In this document: piece by piece, positions 38,221-50,474 of the stretch
Numbering within the stretch: position 1 is the first letter of the stretch
How the letters are laid out: each line of letters starts with the position of its first letter
Assembly (NCBI RefSeq): GCF_006345805.1
Contig: NC_043010.1
Span: 6,200,001 to 6,264,000 of the forward strand
Reading direction: 5' to 3'
DNA: 64,000 bases
Origin: Octopus sinensis
Taxonomy: Eukaryota
Program-made: the position numbers and the translations under genes
Notes under the pieces: generated by a model
The model's database searches: none
What the model was told of the DNA's origin: nothing
What the model saw: only the letters and a program-made list of their open reading frames with translations

Positions 38221-39912
38221 TCATGTGATGAGAATGGCTGAAGATAGTTGTGTGCGAAAGTGCCACACCCTGGCAGTTGAGGGGACCTGTGGAAGAGGTA
38301 GACCCAGGAAAACCTGGGTCGAGGCGGTGAAGCACGACCTTCGAACTTTAGGTCTCACCAAGGAAATGACCAGTGACTGAGACCTTTGGAGGTATGCTGT
38401 GCATGAGAAAACCCGGCAAGACCAGTGAGAACAGTCAAAATCAAGATCAAACCAAATTGAGGTCGATCAACATCAGGGCCCCCGTGCAGGTGACACGTAA
38501 AAGTACCATCTGTTCATAGCCGTTTGCCAGCCCTGTCTGGCCCCCGTGTCGGTGGCACATAAAAGCACCATCCGTTCGTGTTCGTTGCCAGCCTGGCCTG
38601 GCCCCCGTGCCGGTGACACATAAAAGCACCATCCGTTTGTGGCCGTTTGCCAGCTCTGTCTGGCCCCCGTGCCGGTGACACGTAAAAGCACCATCCGTTC
38701 GTGGCCGTTTGCCAGCTCTGTCTGGCCCCCGTGCCGGTGACACGTAAAAGCACCATCCGTTCGTGGCCATTTGCCAGCCCTGTCTGGCCCCCATGTCGGT
38801 GACATGTAAAAGCACCATCCGTTTGTGGCCGTTTGCCAGCCCTGTCTGGCCCCCATGTTGGTGACATGTAAAAGCACCATCCGTTCGTGTCCGTTTGCCA
38901 GCCCTGTCTGGCCCCCATGTCGGTGACATGTAAAAGCACCATCCGTTCGTGTCCGTTGCCAGCCCTGTCTGGCCCCCATGTCGGTGACATGTAAAAGCAC
39001 CATCCGTTCGTGTCCGTTGCCAGCCTCGCCTGGCCCCCGTGCCGGTGACACGTAAAAACACCATCCGTTCGTGGCCGTTTGCCAGCCCTGTCTGGCCCCC
39101 GTGTCGGTGGCATGTAAAAGCACCATCCGTTCGTGCCCGTTGCCAGCCTCGCCTGGCCCCCGTGCTGGTGACACATAAAAAGCACCATCCGTTTCGTGGC
39201 CGTTTGCCAGCTCTGTCTGGCCCCCGTGCCGGTGACACGTAAAAGCACCATCCGTTCGTGGCCGTTTGCCAGCCCTGTCTGGCCCCCATGTCGGTGACAT
39301 GTAAAAGCACCATCCGTTTGTGGCCGTTTGCCAGCCCTGTCTGGCCCCCATGTCGGTGACATGTAAAAGCACCATCCGTTCGTGTCCATTGCCAGCCTCG
39401 CCTGGCCCCCGTGCCGGTGACACGTAAAAACACCATCCGTTCGTGGCCGTTTGCCAGCCCTGTCTGGCCCCCGTGTCGGTGGCATGTAAAAGCACCATCC
39501 GTTCGTGCCCATTGCCAGCCTCGCCTGGCCCCCGTGCTGGTGACACATAAAAAGCACCATCCGTTTCGTGGCCGTTTGCCAGCTCTGTCTGGCCCCCGTG
39601 TTGGTGGCACGTAAAAGCACCATCCGTTCGTGTCCGTTGCCAGCCTCGCCTGGCCCCGTGCCGGTGACACGTAAAAGCACCATCCGTTTGTGGCCATTTG
39701 CCAGCTCAGTCTGGCACCTGTGTGGGTGGCACGTAAAAAGCACCCACTACGCTCACGGAGTGCTTGGCGTTAGGAAGGGCATCCAGGCGTAGAAACACTG
39801 CCAGATCTGACTGGGCCTGATGAAGCCTTCCAGCTTCACAGACCCCAGTTGAACCGTCCAACCCATGCTAGCATGGAGAACGGATGCTAAATGATGATGA
39901 TGATGATGATGA
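38218..39912 (+). mobile_element. RTE-clade LINE 3' end with expanded internal minisatellite
   Basis: [41 protein letters not shown] is an RTE C-terminal signature. A 3' UTR and (ATG)n tail follow. Inserted in (TA)n. Confidence 0.85.
38478..39740. repeat. GC-rich ~62-bp minisatellite, ~20 copies
   Basis: Unit approximately ccagccctgtctggcccccgtgccggtgacacgtaaaagcaccatccgttcgtggccgtttg. Confidence 0.97.
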
Positions 39913-40012
39913 TATAGGTATATATATGTATGCATATATATGTGTGTAAATATATATGTATGTATATATATACATGTATATATATATATATATATACACA
40001 TTCATTTATGCA

Positions 40013-40094
<82 letters not shown>

Positions 40095-40668
40095 TATAAA
40101 TATATATATACATACATATATGCATATACATATGCATACATTTATTCATGCACGCACACATACACACATATACATTCATACATGCTTAACATACATGTAT
40201 AGCAAGTGATGGTGACAAGAGTGACTAAACAGATCTTTGGTGGTAACACGGTGACACACCAAATCCCATGGCCGACGACTACAAGGCTGGTTCTTCCGTT
40301 TAGGTTCAATAAAATACAATAAATAAATAAATGAATAAATAAATATCAGATCAAGGAAGGGGAGAGATGGGAAGATAAACACTAAATATATTATCTGGCA
40401 GTGGTGAACATATGCCGCTTCATGGATGCTAGTGGTGTAATCCATGTCATGTCGGATAATAATTTCTCATAGTTGGTGATGGTGATGGTGATGGTGATGG
40501 TGGCGTGGTGGTGGAGAGGAAGAAGAAGGTGAAGATGAAGATGACAAAATAAGAGGAGGAAGAAGAAATGGAGGGTGTTTTATATACATATATGTGTGTG
40601 TGTGTATCTACATGGCTATTTATCTATATATTTATCTGTATGTGTGTGTGTGTGTGTGTGTGTGTATT

Positions 40669-40738
<70 letters not shown>

Positions 40739-40757
40739 TATAATATATATGTATATA

Positions 40758-41385
40758 GGCGCAGGAGTGGCTGTGTAGTAAGTAGCTTGCTTAGCAACCA
40801 CATGGTTCCGGGTTCAGTCCCACTGCATGACACCTTGGACAAATGTCTTCTACTATAGCCTCGGGCCGACCAAACCTTGTGAGTGGATTTGGTAGATGGA
40901 AACTAAAAGAAGCCCATCGTATATATATACATCATCATCATCATCTTCGTTTAACATCCGTTTTCCGCGCTAGCACAGGTATCATCATCATCATCATCAT
41001 CATCGTTTAACGTCCGTTCTCCATGCTAGCATGGGTTGGACGGTTCGACCGGGGTTCTGGGAAGCCAGAAGGCTGCACCAGGCTCCAGTCTAATCTGGCA
41101 ATGTTTCTACAGCTGGATGCCCTTCCTAACGCCTTATATATATATATATATGCGTGTGTGTGTGTGTGCTTGTGTCTGTGTTTGTCCCCCCCAACATCGC
41201 TTGACAACTGATGGTGGTGTGTTTACGTCCCCATAACTTAGCGGTTCAGCAATAAAGAACAATTGAATAAGTACTAGGCTTACAAAGAATAAGTCCTGGG
41301 ATCGAGTTGCTCGACTAAAGGTGGTGCTCCAGCATGGCCACAGTCAAATGACTGTAACAAGTAAAAGAGTAAAAGAATAAAGAGT
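40758..41385 (+). mobile_element. SINE family A with an RTE 3' fragment inserted in its central (TA)n
   Basis: Head at 40758-40930, insert at 40931-41133, 3' half at 41134-41385. Confidence 0.88.
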
Positions 41386-42134
41386 ATATATATGTATATA
41401 CGTGTACAGATTACATATCTATCTATCTATATCTATACATACATAAGTACATACATATATACATATATATTATACATTTTATATATATATATATATATAA
41501 AATATTATATATATTATTATATATATTATACATTTTATATATATATATATATATATAAAATGTATAATATATATGTATATATGTATGTATTTATGTATGT
41601 ATAGATATAGATAGATATGTAATCTGTACACATATATACACATATGTATATTATACACACATACATTTATGTGTACGTATGTATATGTAGATTATATATG
41701 TGTCTGTCTATCTATCTATAATCCCTCTTTCTCTCTATATATATATATTTATACATATGCATGTGTGTGTGCGTATATATGATTGTATGTGTGGTGGAGG
41801 TGTTGTTTGTATATGTGTGTATGTTTGTGTTATACACAAAGTCATGTCAAACAATAAAAGAAGTAGAAGAAAGGAAAGAGAACAATGACTGTGGAAAATA
41901 TGAACACGATATTCCTTCCTGATTGATAGGGTGGGAAATAGGAAGTAATTCCATTAAAAAACATATCCTTGCTCAATTATATCCGTGTACGGGGCACAGG
42001 CAGTCGGTGGGAAAATGCTCTCGTGGGTAATGGCTATGGAAGGAAAAAAAATGAGCAATCAAAAATGCCTGGGAAAAAGTAATTAAAAAGACAAGCAAAA
42101 TAGAATGATATCAAAGTATAAATATGTATGTATG

Positions 42135-42187
<53 letters not shown>

Positions 42188-42414
42188 GTGTGTGTGAGTA
42201 TGTGTGTGTGAGTGTGTGTGTGTGAGTGTGTTTGTGTTTTTGTGTGTGTGTGTGTGAGTGTGTGTGAGTGTGTGTGTGTGAGTGTGTGTGTGTGTGTGTG
42301 TGTTTGTGTATGCACAATTACTCCCTCTCCCGTATCAAATAAGAAGAATAATATTCTTATTATTATCGTATGGGAAAATATATTTGCATGGTGTATGTAT
42401 ATATATTTGTGAAT

Positions 42415-42445
<31 letters not shown>

Positions 42446-42655
42446 CACTCACACATATACACTCATACACACATGTGCACATGCACACACACACACATAT
42501 ATATTTATACATACAAGTGGGTGTATAATATGCATATATGTAAGCAAATAAAAAGTTTGGTCACTACTAATTTTGAGAACAATGACTAATTGATGACATT
42601 ATAAGCAGCTTCCATTGTATCAAGAGAGGCAGGTGTGGTTGAACTTATATGTTGA

Positions 42656-42689
<34 letters not shown>

Positions 42690-42692
<3 letters not shown>

Positions 42693-43715
42693 CTTAATAA
42701 CACCACCTGAGGAAGATTTTTAATGATGTTTCATATTAGTCATTCGTCGGGCACCTTAGCCCATTTGAGTAAGGAGTTATTGTTCGCAGAGATATGTTTG
42801 GGTGTTGGTGGTTTATCTGGAACTTGTTATTCATCCAGGAACCATTTGAATGTTGTGAGGTATTTTTCTTCTCTCAAGTTTCCCGGACCAGTTGAGGTGA
42901 AATGGTTCTGTCTTAGTTTTGTGATGTAAGCAAGATTTTTGTAGAGGATGGGTGATGTGAGGACCAAGCCTTGGGTGAATTTTAAAATTGATGTCAGCAT
43001 CATTTGCGTTGATGTTGGAATATTTTCCACATTATACAAATGATACAATGGAAGCACTCCGTCGGTTACGACGACGACGGTTCTGGTTGATCCGATCAAC
43101 AGAACAGCCTGCTCGTGAAATTAACGTGTAAGTGGCTGAGCTCTCCACAGACACGTGTACCCTTAACGTAGTTCTCGGGGATATTCAGCGTGACACAGAG
43201 AGTGACAAGGCCGGCCCTTTGAAATACAGGTACAACAGAAACAGGAAGTAAGAGTGAGAGAAAGTTGTGGTGAAAGAGTACAGCAGGGATCACCACCATC
43301 CCCTGCCGGAGCCTCATGGAGCTTTAGGTGTTTTCGCTCAATAAACACTCACAACGCCCGGTCTGGGAATCGAAACCGTGATCCTACGACAGTGAGTCCG
43401 CTGCTCTAACCACTGGGCCATTGCGCCTCCCCAAATGATAGAACACTCATGGCAGTATCAGAGGGAACAAAGTTTTAAGTTGCTCAAGCTGAGCCCAACA
43501 TTTAAGAGCTGTCATGTCATCTATTTTCCATGTGATTGATCTTTGGGGTACTTCAATTTTTATAATATTTTGTTTCATATAGGGAGATCTCAGTGGATAA
43601 TGGTATTCAAGGTGAGGATGGGTGAAGATGGAGAAGACAAGGGTAATGGTTGGAGCATCTCTAAACTGTAAAGTCCTGAGGATCTGGGGGCACACCCTGT
43701 AGATCATGCTGACTG
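42690..43715 (-). mobile_element. CR1-type LINE 3' fragment, interrupted by a SINE at 43047-43430
   Basis: HPHLEYHYPLRSPYMKQNIIKIEVPQRSIT (RPhLEY..WsP..lE.vQR motif) and the terminal FKWFLDE..PDKP..NSL. Confidence 0.65.
43047..43430 (-). mobile_element. SINE family D (second copy 59750-60128 -; same head with a different tail at 43991-44290 +)
   Basis: Head ggaggcgcaatggcccagtggttag..ggtttcgattccc. caaatgata on both flanks as a TSD. Confidence 0.88.
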
Positions 43716-44319
43716 TTTCAAATTTTGGCAAAAAGCCAAAATTTGAGAACATTATTTTGAAGGGAGGGAGCAAATGAATTACATTGATTCAAGTACTAGA
43801 TTGGTACTTATTTTATCGATCCCAGAAGAATGATGGGCAATGTTGACCTCAATGGAATTTGAACTCAGAATGGAAGAAATAATGACAAGAATTTTGTCTG
43901 ACATGCTAACAATTCTGTCAGCTCAGTATTTTATAATATACATACACACACTCACACACATATGCATATGTGTGTGTGTGTGTATATATACGCAATGGCC
44001 CAGTGGTTAGGGCAGCGGACTCACGGTCGTAGGATCGTGGTTTTGATTCCCAGACCGGGCGTTGTGAGTGTTTATTGAGCGAAAACACCTAAAAGTTCCA
44101 CAAGGCTCTGGCAAGGGGTGGTGATCCCTACTGTACTCTTTCACCACTCTTTCTCCCACTCTTTCTTCTGTTGGCCTGCTCGCTTAGCCAGCGGGGTGGC
44201 GTCATTCGAAGGCTAAAACAATGCGAATGCATTGTGACTAGCGATGTGTAACAACGTCTGATGGTCTGGTCGGTCACATGATCACGTGATACATATACAT
44301 ATATATACATACACACACA

Positions 44320-44350
44320 CTAGCAATGCATCCCAGCGTTGCCCGGGTGT
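44320..44350 (-). mobile_element. Helitron 3' terminus (other isolated Helitron-like ends at 53990-54017 +, ~48495-48700 +, ~54200-54435 -)
   Basis: cccgggcaacgctggg hairpin followed by CTAG|T on the minus strand. The 5' end was not located. Confidence 0.55.
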
Positions 44351-46249
44351 TATGACCTACAGCCACATGGTGTTATTTGTTCCTTTCTTATGGCCAGACT
44401 CAGCCACAGCTGATATCTAGTGAACTGGACTACTGGTGTAATGGAAGTTATTGTTTGTTGAAAAGTGAAGTGGGGAGGGTACAATTTGCATGGGTTTGCA
44501 TGAAAGTGCTTTCTGTTCTTAAGAAGGATCACAAACTATGTATTGTTTTATAGTATAAAAGGGGTTTAAAACAATTTTGCCCAGAAATCACATTTTCAAA
44601 ATTTTAGTTTCTGTCTGTCCCCACTGCTATTTCTTAATTTGTAACTTTTTACGAATTTCTTTTTTTTTATTCATGTAGAAAAATACAGAGATTATGAATC
44701 TGGGAAATATATATTTTTTTAAAGTTTAATTTTTCTTAAAGCAACACTCAATGCCCCTTCCCCCACCTCACCCACCCATCACCTACCAACTTTCAAAAAG
44801 TTAAAAGCACCCAATGTTTCACTTTCGTCTGACGTTTCATGCATGCATAGAATGGTACTGAAATAGCAGACGTAAAAAGTATTAGAGCACCATGATATGC
44901 TAGAAACAACAGGTAAATGACATTATTTCTGAAGATACTTCCCTGCTTTCCAAAAAGCTAAAAGTGAAACACTGGGAGTTGTAGCTTTTTGAAAATGGTG
45001 AGGTGATGAGTGGATGTTTGGGAAGGAGATTTTAGTGTTTTTTAAGAAAAAAGAAGAAAATTCTTACAGATTCATACTCTCAGTTTTTTCTCCATGGATT
45101 ACCAAGAAAAAATTTTGAAAAATTTTTTAAAAATGAAGAAACTGGGATGGAGAGGGAGAAAATTAAAATATTGAGAACTTGTCGTTTGGGCGAAATCCTA
45201 ATCTCCTGTATTGAAAACATAGGAATCAGAAGAAATTTGGAAAAAAGATCAAGGGGGGGGGCATAAATGTCACCTCGGACATGCTAGAAACAACAGGTAA
45301 AGGACAGGATTTCTGGATATCGAAGATCTGGTTTTTAAATACACTCATCGTAAAGAAGCATTACAGAATAGAAAAAAGGTGATTTCAAGTGAAAGATGTA
45401 TGTACATGTATAGGAAATGGATGTGTGTGTGTGCGTGTGTGTGTGTGTGCATGCATGTGTACATGTGTGGTGTGAGAGAGAGAGTGAGTGAAGGTATGTG
45501 TTGTCATGTATGTATTTTTTTGCATGTATGTGTAAGAGGCACTCACTTTCTCTCTCTCTCTCACACACACACATCTTTCATATACACATACATAAATACA
45601 TATGCATACATCTTTTTTGCATGCATGTGTAAGAGGCACTCACTTTCTCTCACTCTCTCTCTCACGCACACACACACAGCTTTCATACACATATGCATAC
45701 ATCTTTTTTGCATGTATGTGTGCATGTGTATGTGAGAGAGAAAGTGAGTGACTGCATTTCCTCATAACATATAGAGAAATGGATGCCTTTTAAGGTACAC
45801 ACTCATATAGAAAATGTGACGTCGTCGTCATCGTGGTATAAAATGTTGTTTAGGATAGCTGAATAATAGAAAGAGTTTGGCTATTACATGATAAGATGAG
45901 AGGGGTGCAAAAGGGCTAGGGTCAGGGAAATGTGGCATAATGAGGGTCGCTGATATCGGGGAAAAGGAGGAGACAGGAAGAGATAGACACACAGGGACAG
46001 AGTGGGAGAGACAGAATTTTAATACTTTGTTCTTTCATTTCTTCCTATCACTTAATGCATACGCTTTAGTGAAATAACTATCATATGCTTTGTCAAAACT
46101 TTTACAATATGTCCAACAACAGACGTTAAACAAGTGAAAGGTAGTGTTTTTTATATTTGTTTTCAAATCACCATGTTAAGATTTACTAAAACTTTCCCAA
46201 CATACTCAAACAATACACTATATATAATGTCTTCCCTTTTCTTTCATAA

Positions 46250-47443
46250 ATGAAAAGCCCCTCATCTTCCATATATATAAAAGAGAATTTGTATGTGTGT
46301 GTGAGAGAGAGAGTATCTTCCTTATGCATTCAAAAACTGAATTGCCAAAACGCTCTTCCAATAAGAGAAAATTGGAAGAGATACCTAGATGACTGCTTTG
46401 TCATTTGGATAGAGAACATCGACAAACTTTTGGACTTCAAATCAACACTAAATGATATAAATAGTAACATTCAATTCACAATGGAATACAACAAAGAACA
46501 ACTCCCATTTTTAGACATCATGATAAAAAAAGTTAACAATGAAATCATAACTGACATTTATTATAAACCAACTGATTCAAAACAATATCTTCTCTTTAAC
46601 TCATGCCACCCGAAACACATCAAAATAAACATCCCTTTCAATTTGGCAAAAAGGATCTGCACAATAGTGTCTGATAGAACAACTCAGGACCTTCATCTTC
46701 AAGACCTCAAAACAATGCTTATTGAAAGACAATATCCACCCACATTTATCGACAAGGAAATTAAACGTGCCAAACAATTAGACACAAAAACACAAAGAAC
46801 AACAAAACATAACACCACACCTCAAGTGAAAACATTACTATTTATATCAATACACAAACCCAGAAACAGTGAGACATTCAACACTATTGTGCAAACTCTT
46901 CCTTTACTAACTAGAGATCCAAAAATGAACAACATCCTGAAAACACACAAACTCATCAAATGCAAAAGACAAGACAAATTGCTAAAGAGACTACTAACAA
47001 ATGCAAAGCTTTACAAAACAACCACGAAACCAACAGTTGAAAAATGTGGACACCTGAACTGTGGAACCTACCCCAACCTGCTTGAAGGATCGGACTTCCT
47101 TTTCAAACAAGGACAGAGGTTCACAATGAAAACTAGTTTCACCTGTGCCTCTGAGAACCTAATTTATGTAATAACCTGCTTGGGTTGCAGTCATCAGTAC
47201 ATTGGACAAATGAGTTTAATTTTGAGGAAGAGAATTACTCTGCATAAGGAGCAAATCCGTTTCCCGCAATACAGACAAATCCCTCTTAGTGAACACATAG
47301 AAAAATGTGCAGGTAACATCAAGCCAAATTTTACAGTCTTCCCTTTCTACCAGTGCAAAGACACAATCTCTCAACTAGAACGCTTAAATAAAGAAACTTT
47401 TTTCATTGAAAAATACAGAATATGTTTTAATATGCATGCATAA
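46250..47443 (+). CDS. Penelope-like element ORF, 5'-truncated: RT C-terminal half + linker + GIY-YIG endonuclease
   Basis: RYLDD catalytic motif, LPFLDI, YKPTDSKQYL..SCHPKH thumb, Cys-rich linker CGHLNCGTY (last Cys apparently mutated), NLIYVITCLGCSHQYIGQ..R..LH GIY-YIG. The first ~30 aa of the ORF are non-homologous flank. Confidence 0.92.
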   Translation: MKSPSSSIYIKENLYVCVRERVSSLCIQKLNCQNALPIRENWKRYLDDCFVIWIENIDKLLDFKSTLNDINSNIQFTMEYNKEQLPFLDIMIKKVNNEIITDIYYKPTDSKQYLLFNSCHPKHIKINIPFNLAKRICTIVSDRTTQDLHLQDLKTMLIERQYPPTFIDKEIKRAKQLDTKTQRTTKHNTTPQVKTLLFISIHKPRNSETFNTIVQTLPLLTRDPKMNNILKTHKLIKCKRQDKLLKRLLTNAKLYKTTTKPTVEKCGHLNCGTYPNLLEGSDFLFKQGQRFTMKTSFTCASENLIYVITCLGCSHQYIGQMSLILRKRITLHKEQIRFPQYRQIPLSEHIEKCAGNIKPNFTVFPFYQCKDTISQLERLNKETFFIEKYRICFNMHA

Positions 47444-47875
47444 CCAACTTTTATCTTTTTACATATTTCAATTCACAATTACATCACTGTACATAAATCC
47501 TTTCACTAAACAAGGTTTTTGAAACTTGTCTTTGTACATATATATTCCCCTCCCATTACCGAAAGCTGAACAGTTATCTCTCTTACCCACAACAATAACA
47601 ATAATAACGATAACCAATTACCTCCCTTTTATTTATCTACTTGTGAAGTCATTCACTCGTGAATTTCATCACACACAACATGGACAAAATTTTCTCTTAA
47701 GAAAAAATACATATCCAAATAAGTAAAACATAATATCATGAATAGCGATAGTGAAACCGGTCGATATATTAAAAATTATATTAAAACTATGTAAGTGTGC
47801 ATATTTTCCTTTTTTAATTTCTTATATACATTACAACTCACTACGTGGAGATAATCAAAATTCTTCTTTTCTGTT
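46340..47875 (+). mobile_element. Penelope-like retroelement (Neptune-type linker), truncated, with 3' region containing a decayed hammerhead
   Basis: RT-GIY-YIG ORF plus a downstream A-rich region carrying GAAACCGGTC, ending in (CA)/(TA) microsatellite. Confidence 0.85.
47734..47767 (+). ncRNA. Decayed minimal hammerhead ribozyme of the Penelope-like element
   Basis: atatc-ATGAATA-gc gata gt-GAAA-ccgg-TC-gatat. Stem I is intact (atatc/gatat), but the CUGANGA core has two substitutions. Confidence 0.55.
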
Positions 47876-47894
47876 GCTATACACACACACACAC

Positions 47895-47933
<39 letters not shown>

Positions 47934-48298
47934 GCACACAAGGCCAGTTTCCTGGATTCTGTGGTTTATATATTTTCCCTCTGGATGGGACACTGTTGCA
48001 TCTCGGGATTATTCATCACAGGATTACTGAAGCTGTATGAAATGAAGTGTTTTGTTTAAGAACACAATGCAGTGGCCAGTCCAGGAATTGAAGCTACAAC
48101 CTTACAACCATGAGTGTAACATCCTAACCACTATGCCATGCACCTCCACATATATATATATATATATACATATACTCATACACACACACGTGCATGCACA
48201 TTCACACATATGCATATATATATATATATATATTATATACACACTCACACACACATATATATGATATAGACATGTATTTATGTATGAATGTGTGTGTG

Positions 48299-48339
<41 letters not shown>

Positions 48340-48462
48340 TCACACACATATATATGATATAGACATGTATTTATGTATGAATGTGTGTGTGTATATGTAT
48401 ATATATATATATACACACACTCACACACATATATATGATATAGACATGTATTTATGTATGAA

Positions 48463-48508
<46 letters not shown>

Positions 48509-49489
48509 TGAGAATGTGTGTCTGTCTATCTGTCTGTGTGTTTCCCTAAAACTTGAGAACTACACAACCAATTTCATTCAAATTTTATACATGCCTTACT
48601 TAAGGTCCGGGGAGTGTCATCGGCAAAAAAATTTAACTTTTTCCCCAGGGGGACCCCACAGTAATATCATATTTTCTCCACTTTTTCAGTATTACATGTA
48701 AAAAGTGTATAGATAGATAGATAGATAGACAGATAGATAGATATAGATATACATATGTGTGTGTTTGTGTGTATTTGTATGTGTGCATATGTGTGTGTGT
48801 GTGCGTGCGCATGTATGTGTGTGCATACATGTCCCCCCCATATATATATATAATAGAATGGTGCACTCAAAAATCATATCTGCAATTAAATTTGTAAACA
48901 ACAATTCCTTACAACCATATGCTTATTAAATATATAATTGACTTTGCTATGAAAGTAAATCATGGAGTTAAGTTTAAAAAAAGCCTTCACTAACCAGCAA
49001 CCAGCATGGAAGATCAGATTGACTATTTTTGGTCTCCATTAAATTAGCTTCCAGTAACTTTTACTCAATTACATTTCAAAATCTTCTCTTATTAATCTCC
49101 AAGAGAGCTTCAGCCAGTTGAGCTGATAAACTAGAAGAAGTCAACCAGCTGAGAAGTTATGAGTTACGATCTTTATAGCTGGCTCTGTGCCATCTCTAAG
49201 ACTTTATGTATCACTCATGTACCTTGCTGTTAACAGATTCTCTGGAGATATATTTTCCCCAAGCTGTGAAAAGTTTACTAGTTTACACTGCTGAGATTAA
49301 ACATTTCCTTGGCAATATTTCTTCTTAGTCTTTTACATTCTGAGTTCAAATTCTGCTGAGGTCAGGTTTGCCTTTCATCTTATCTGTTGATAAAATAAGT
49401 GTCAGACGAGTGCTGGGGTTGGTGTAATCAGCATTCCTCCTCCTCTCAAAGTTGTTGCCCTTCTTGTCAAAAGTAGAAAGAATCTTTTC

Positions 49490-49908
49490 TCTTACTCTTT
49501 ACTCCTTTACTCTTTTACTTGTTTCAGTCATTTGACTGCGACCATGCTGGAGCACCGCCTTTAATCGTGCAAATCGACCCCGGGACTTATTCTTTGTAAG
49601 CCCAGTACTTATTCTATTGGTCTCTTTTGCCGAACCGCTAAGTAACGGGGACGTAAACACGCCAGCATCGGTTGTCAAGCAATGCTAGGGGTACAAACAC
49701 AGACACACAAACACACACACACACATATATATATATACATATATACGACGGGCTTCTTTCAGTTTCCGTCTACCGAATCCACTCACAAGGCATTGGTCGG
49801 CCCGGGGCTATAGCAGAAGACACTTGCCCAAGATGCCACGCAGTGGGACTGAACCCGGAACCATGTGGTTGGTTAGCAAGCTACTTACCACACAGCCACT
49901 CCTGCGCC
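49490..49908 (-). mobile_element. SINE family A
   Basis: Full-length reverse-complement match. Confidence 0.92.
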
Positions 49909-50093
49909 TTGTTACTTTTTTTATTATTACTTAGTCAGAAAAGGCGACAAGCTGATAGAATCGTTAGAATTTCAGGCAAAATACTTTGAGGCATTTTGTC
50001 TATTTTTATGTCCTGAGTTCAAATTCTGTTGAGGTTGAATTTGCCTTTCATCTTTTCGGAGTCAATAAAATAAATACCAGCTAAATAGTGGGG

Positions 50094-50424
50094 TTAGTTA
50101 GTTAGTTAATTTTTTGGCTCAAAAAGCAAAAAGCAAGGCCATGTAGGGGGACATGGAGTTATGTACAGGGTGGTGTTCATGTAAAGAGTTCAGGCCACTT
50201 GTGGTCAAGGGAGACTTTGAACTGAGCGGTCGTTGGCATCTTCACTATCTCGTTCGGCAGCTTATTCCACGGATCCGCAACCCGGACGGAGAAAGCCCCT
50301 CTCCTTCAATTGAGATGAAATCGTCGCAGATAGAGCTTTTCGGAATGACCCCACAGCCGACGCTCTGGAGCAGGAGTGAAGAACAGCTCTTTCGAGAGGT
50401 TACACTTTCTGCTTATGTGTAACC
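50094..50424 (-). mobile_element. CR1-type LINE 3' end with (CTAA)n tail, inserted in a family-B SINE
   Basis: The minus strand translates to GHSEKLYLRRFHL..AFSVRVADPWNKLPNEIVKMPTTAQFKVSLD. CpG-rich, with gggtt on both sides as a possible TSD. Confidence 0.8.
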
Positions 50425-50474
50425 GGGTTGAAGTAATCAACTTACCCACCTCCCCAAATTTGCTGGCCTTGTGC

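Noticed and set aside
38447-39743. Three overlapping 357-416-aa minus-strand ORFs; also a CRISPR-like periodic look
   Set aside because: The 62-bp unit has no minus-strand stop triplet, so all frames stay open. The units are contiguous with no unique spacers, and the DNA is eukaryotic.
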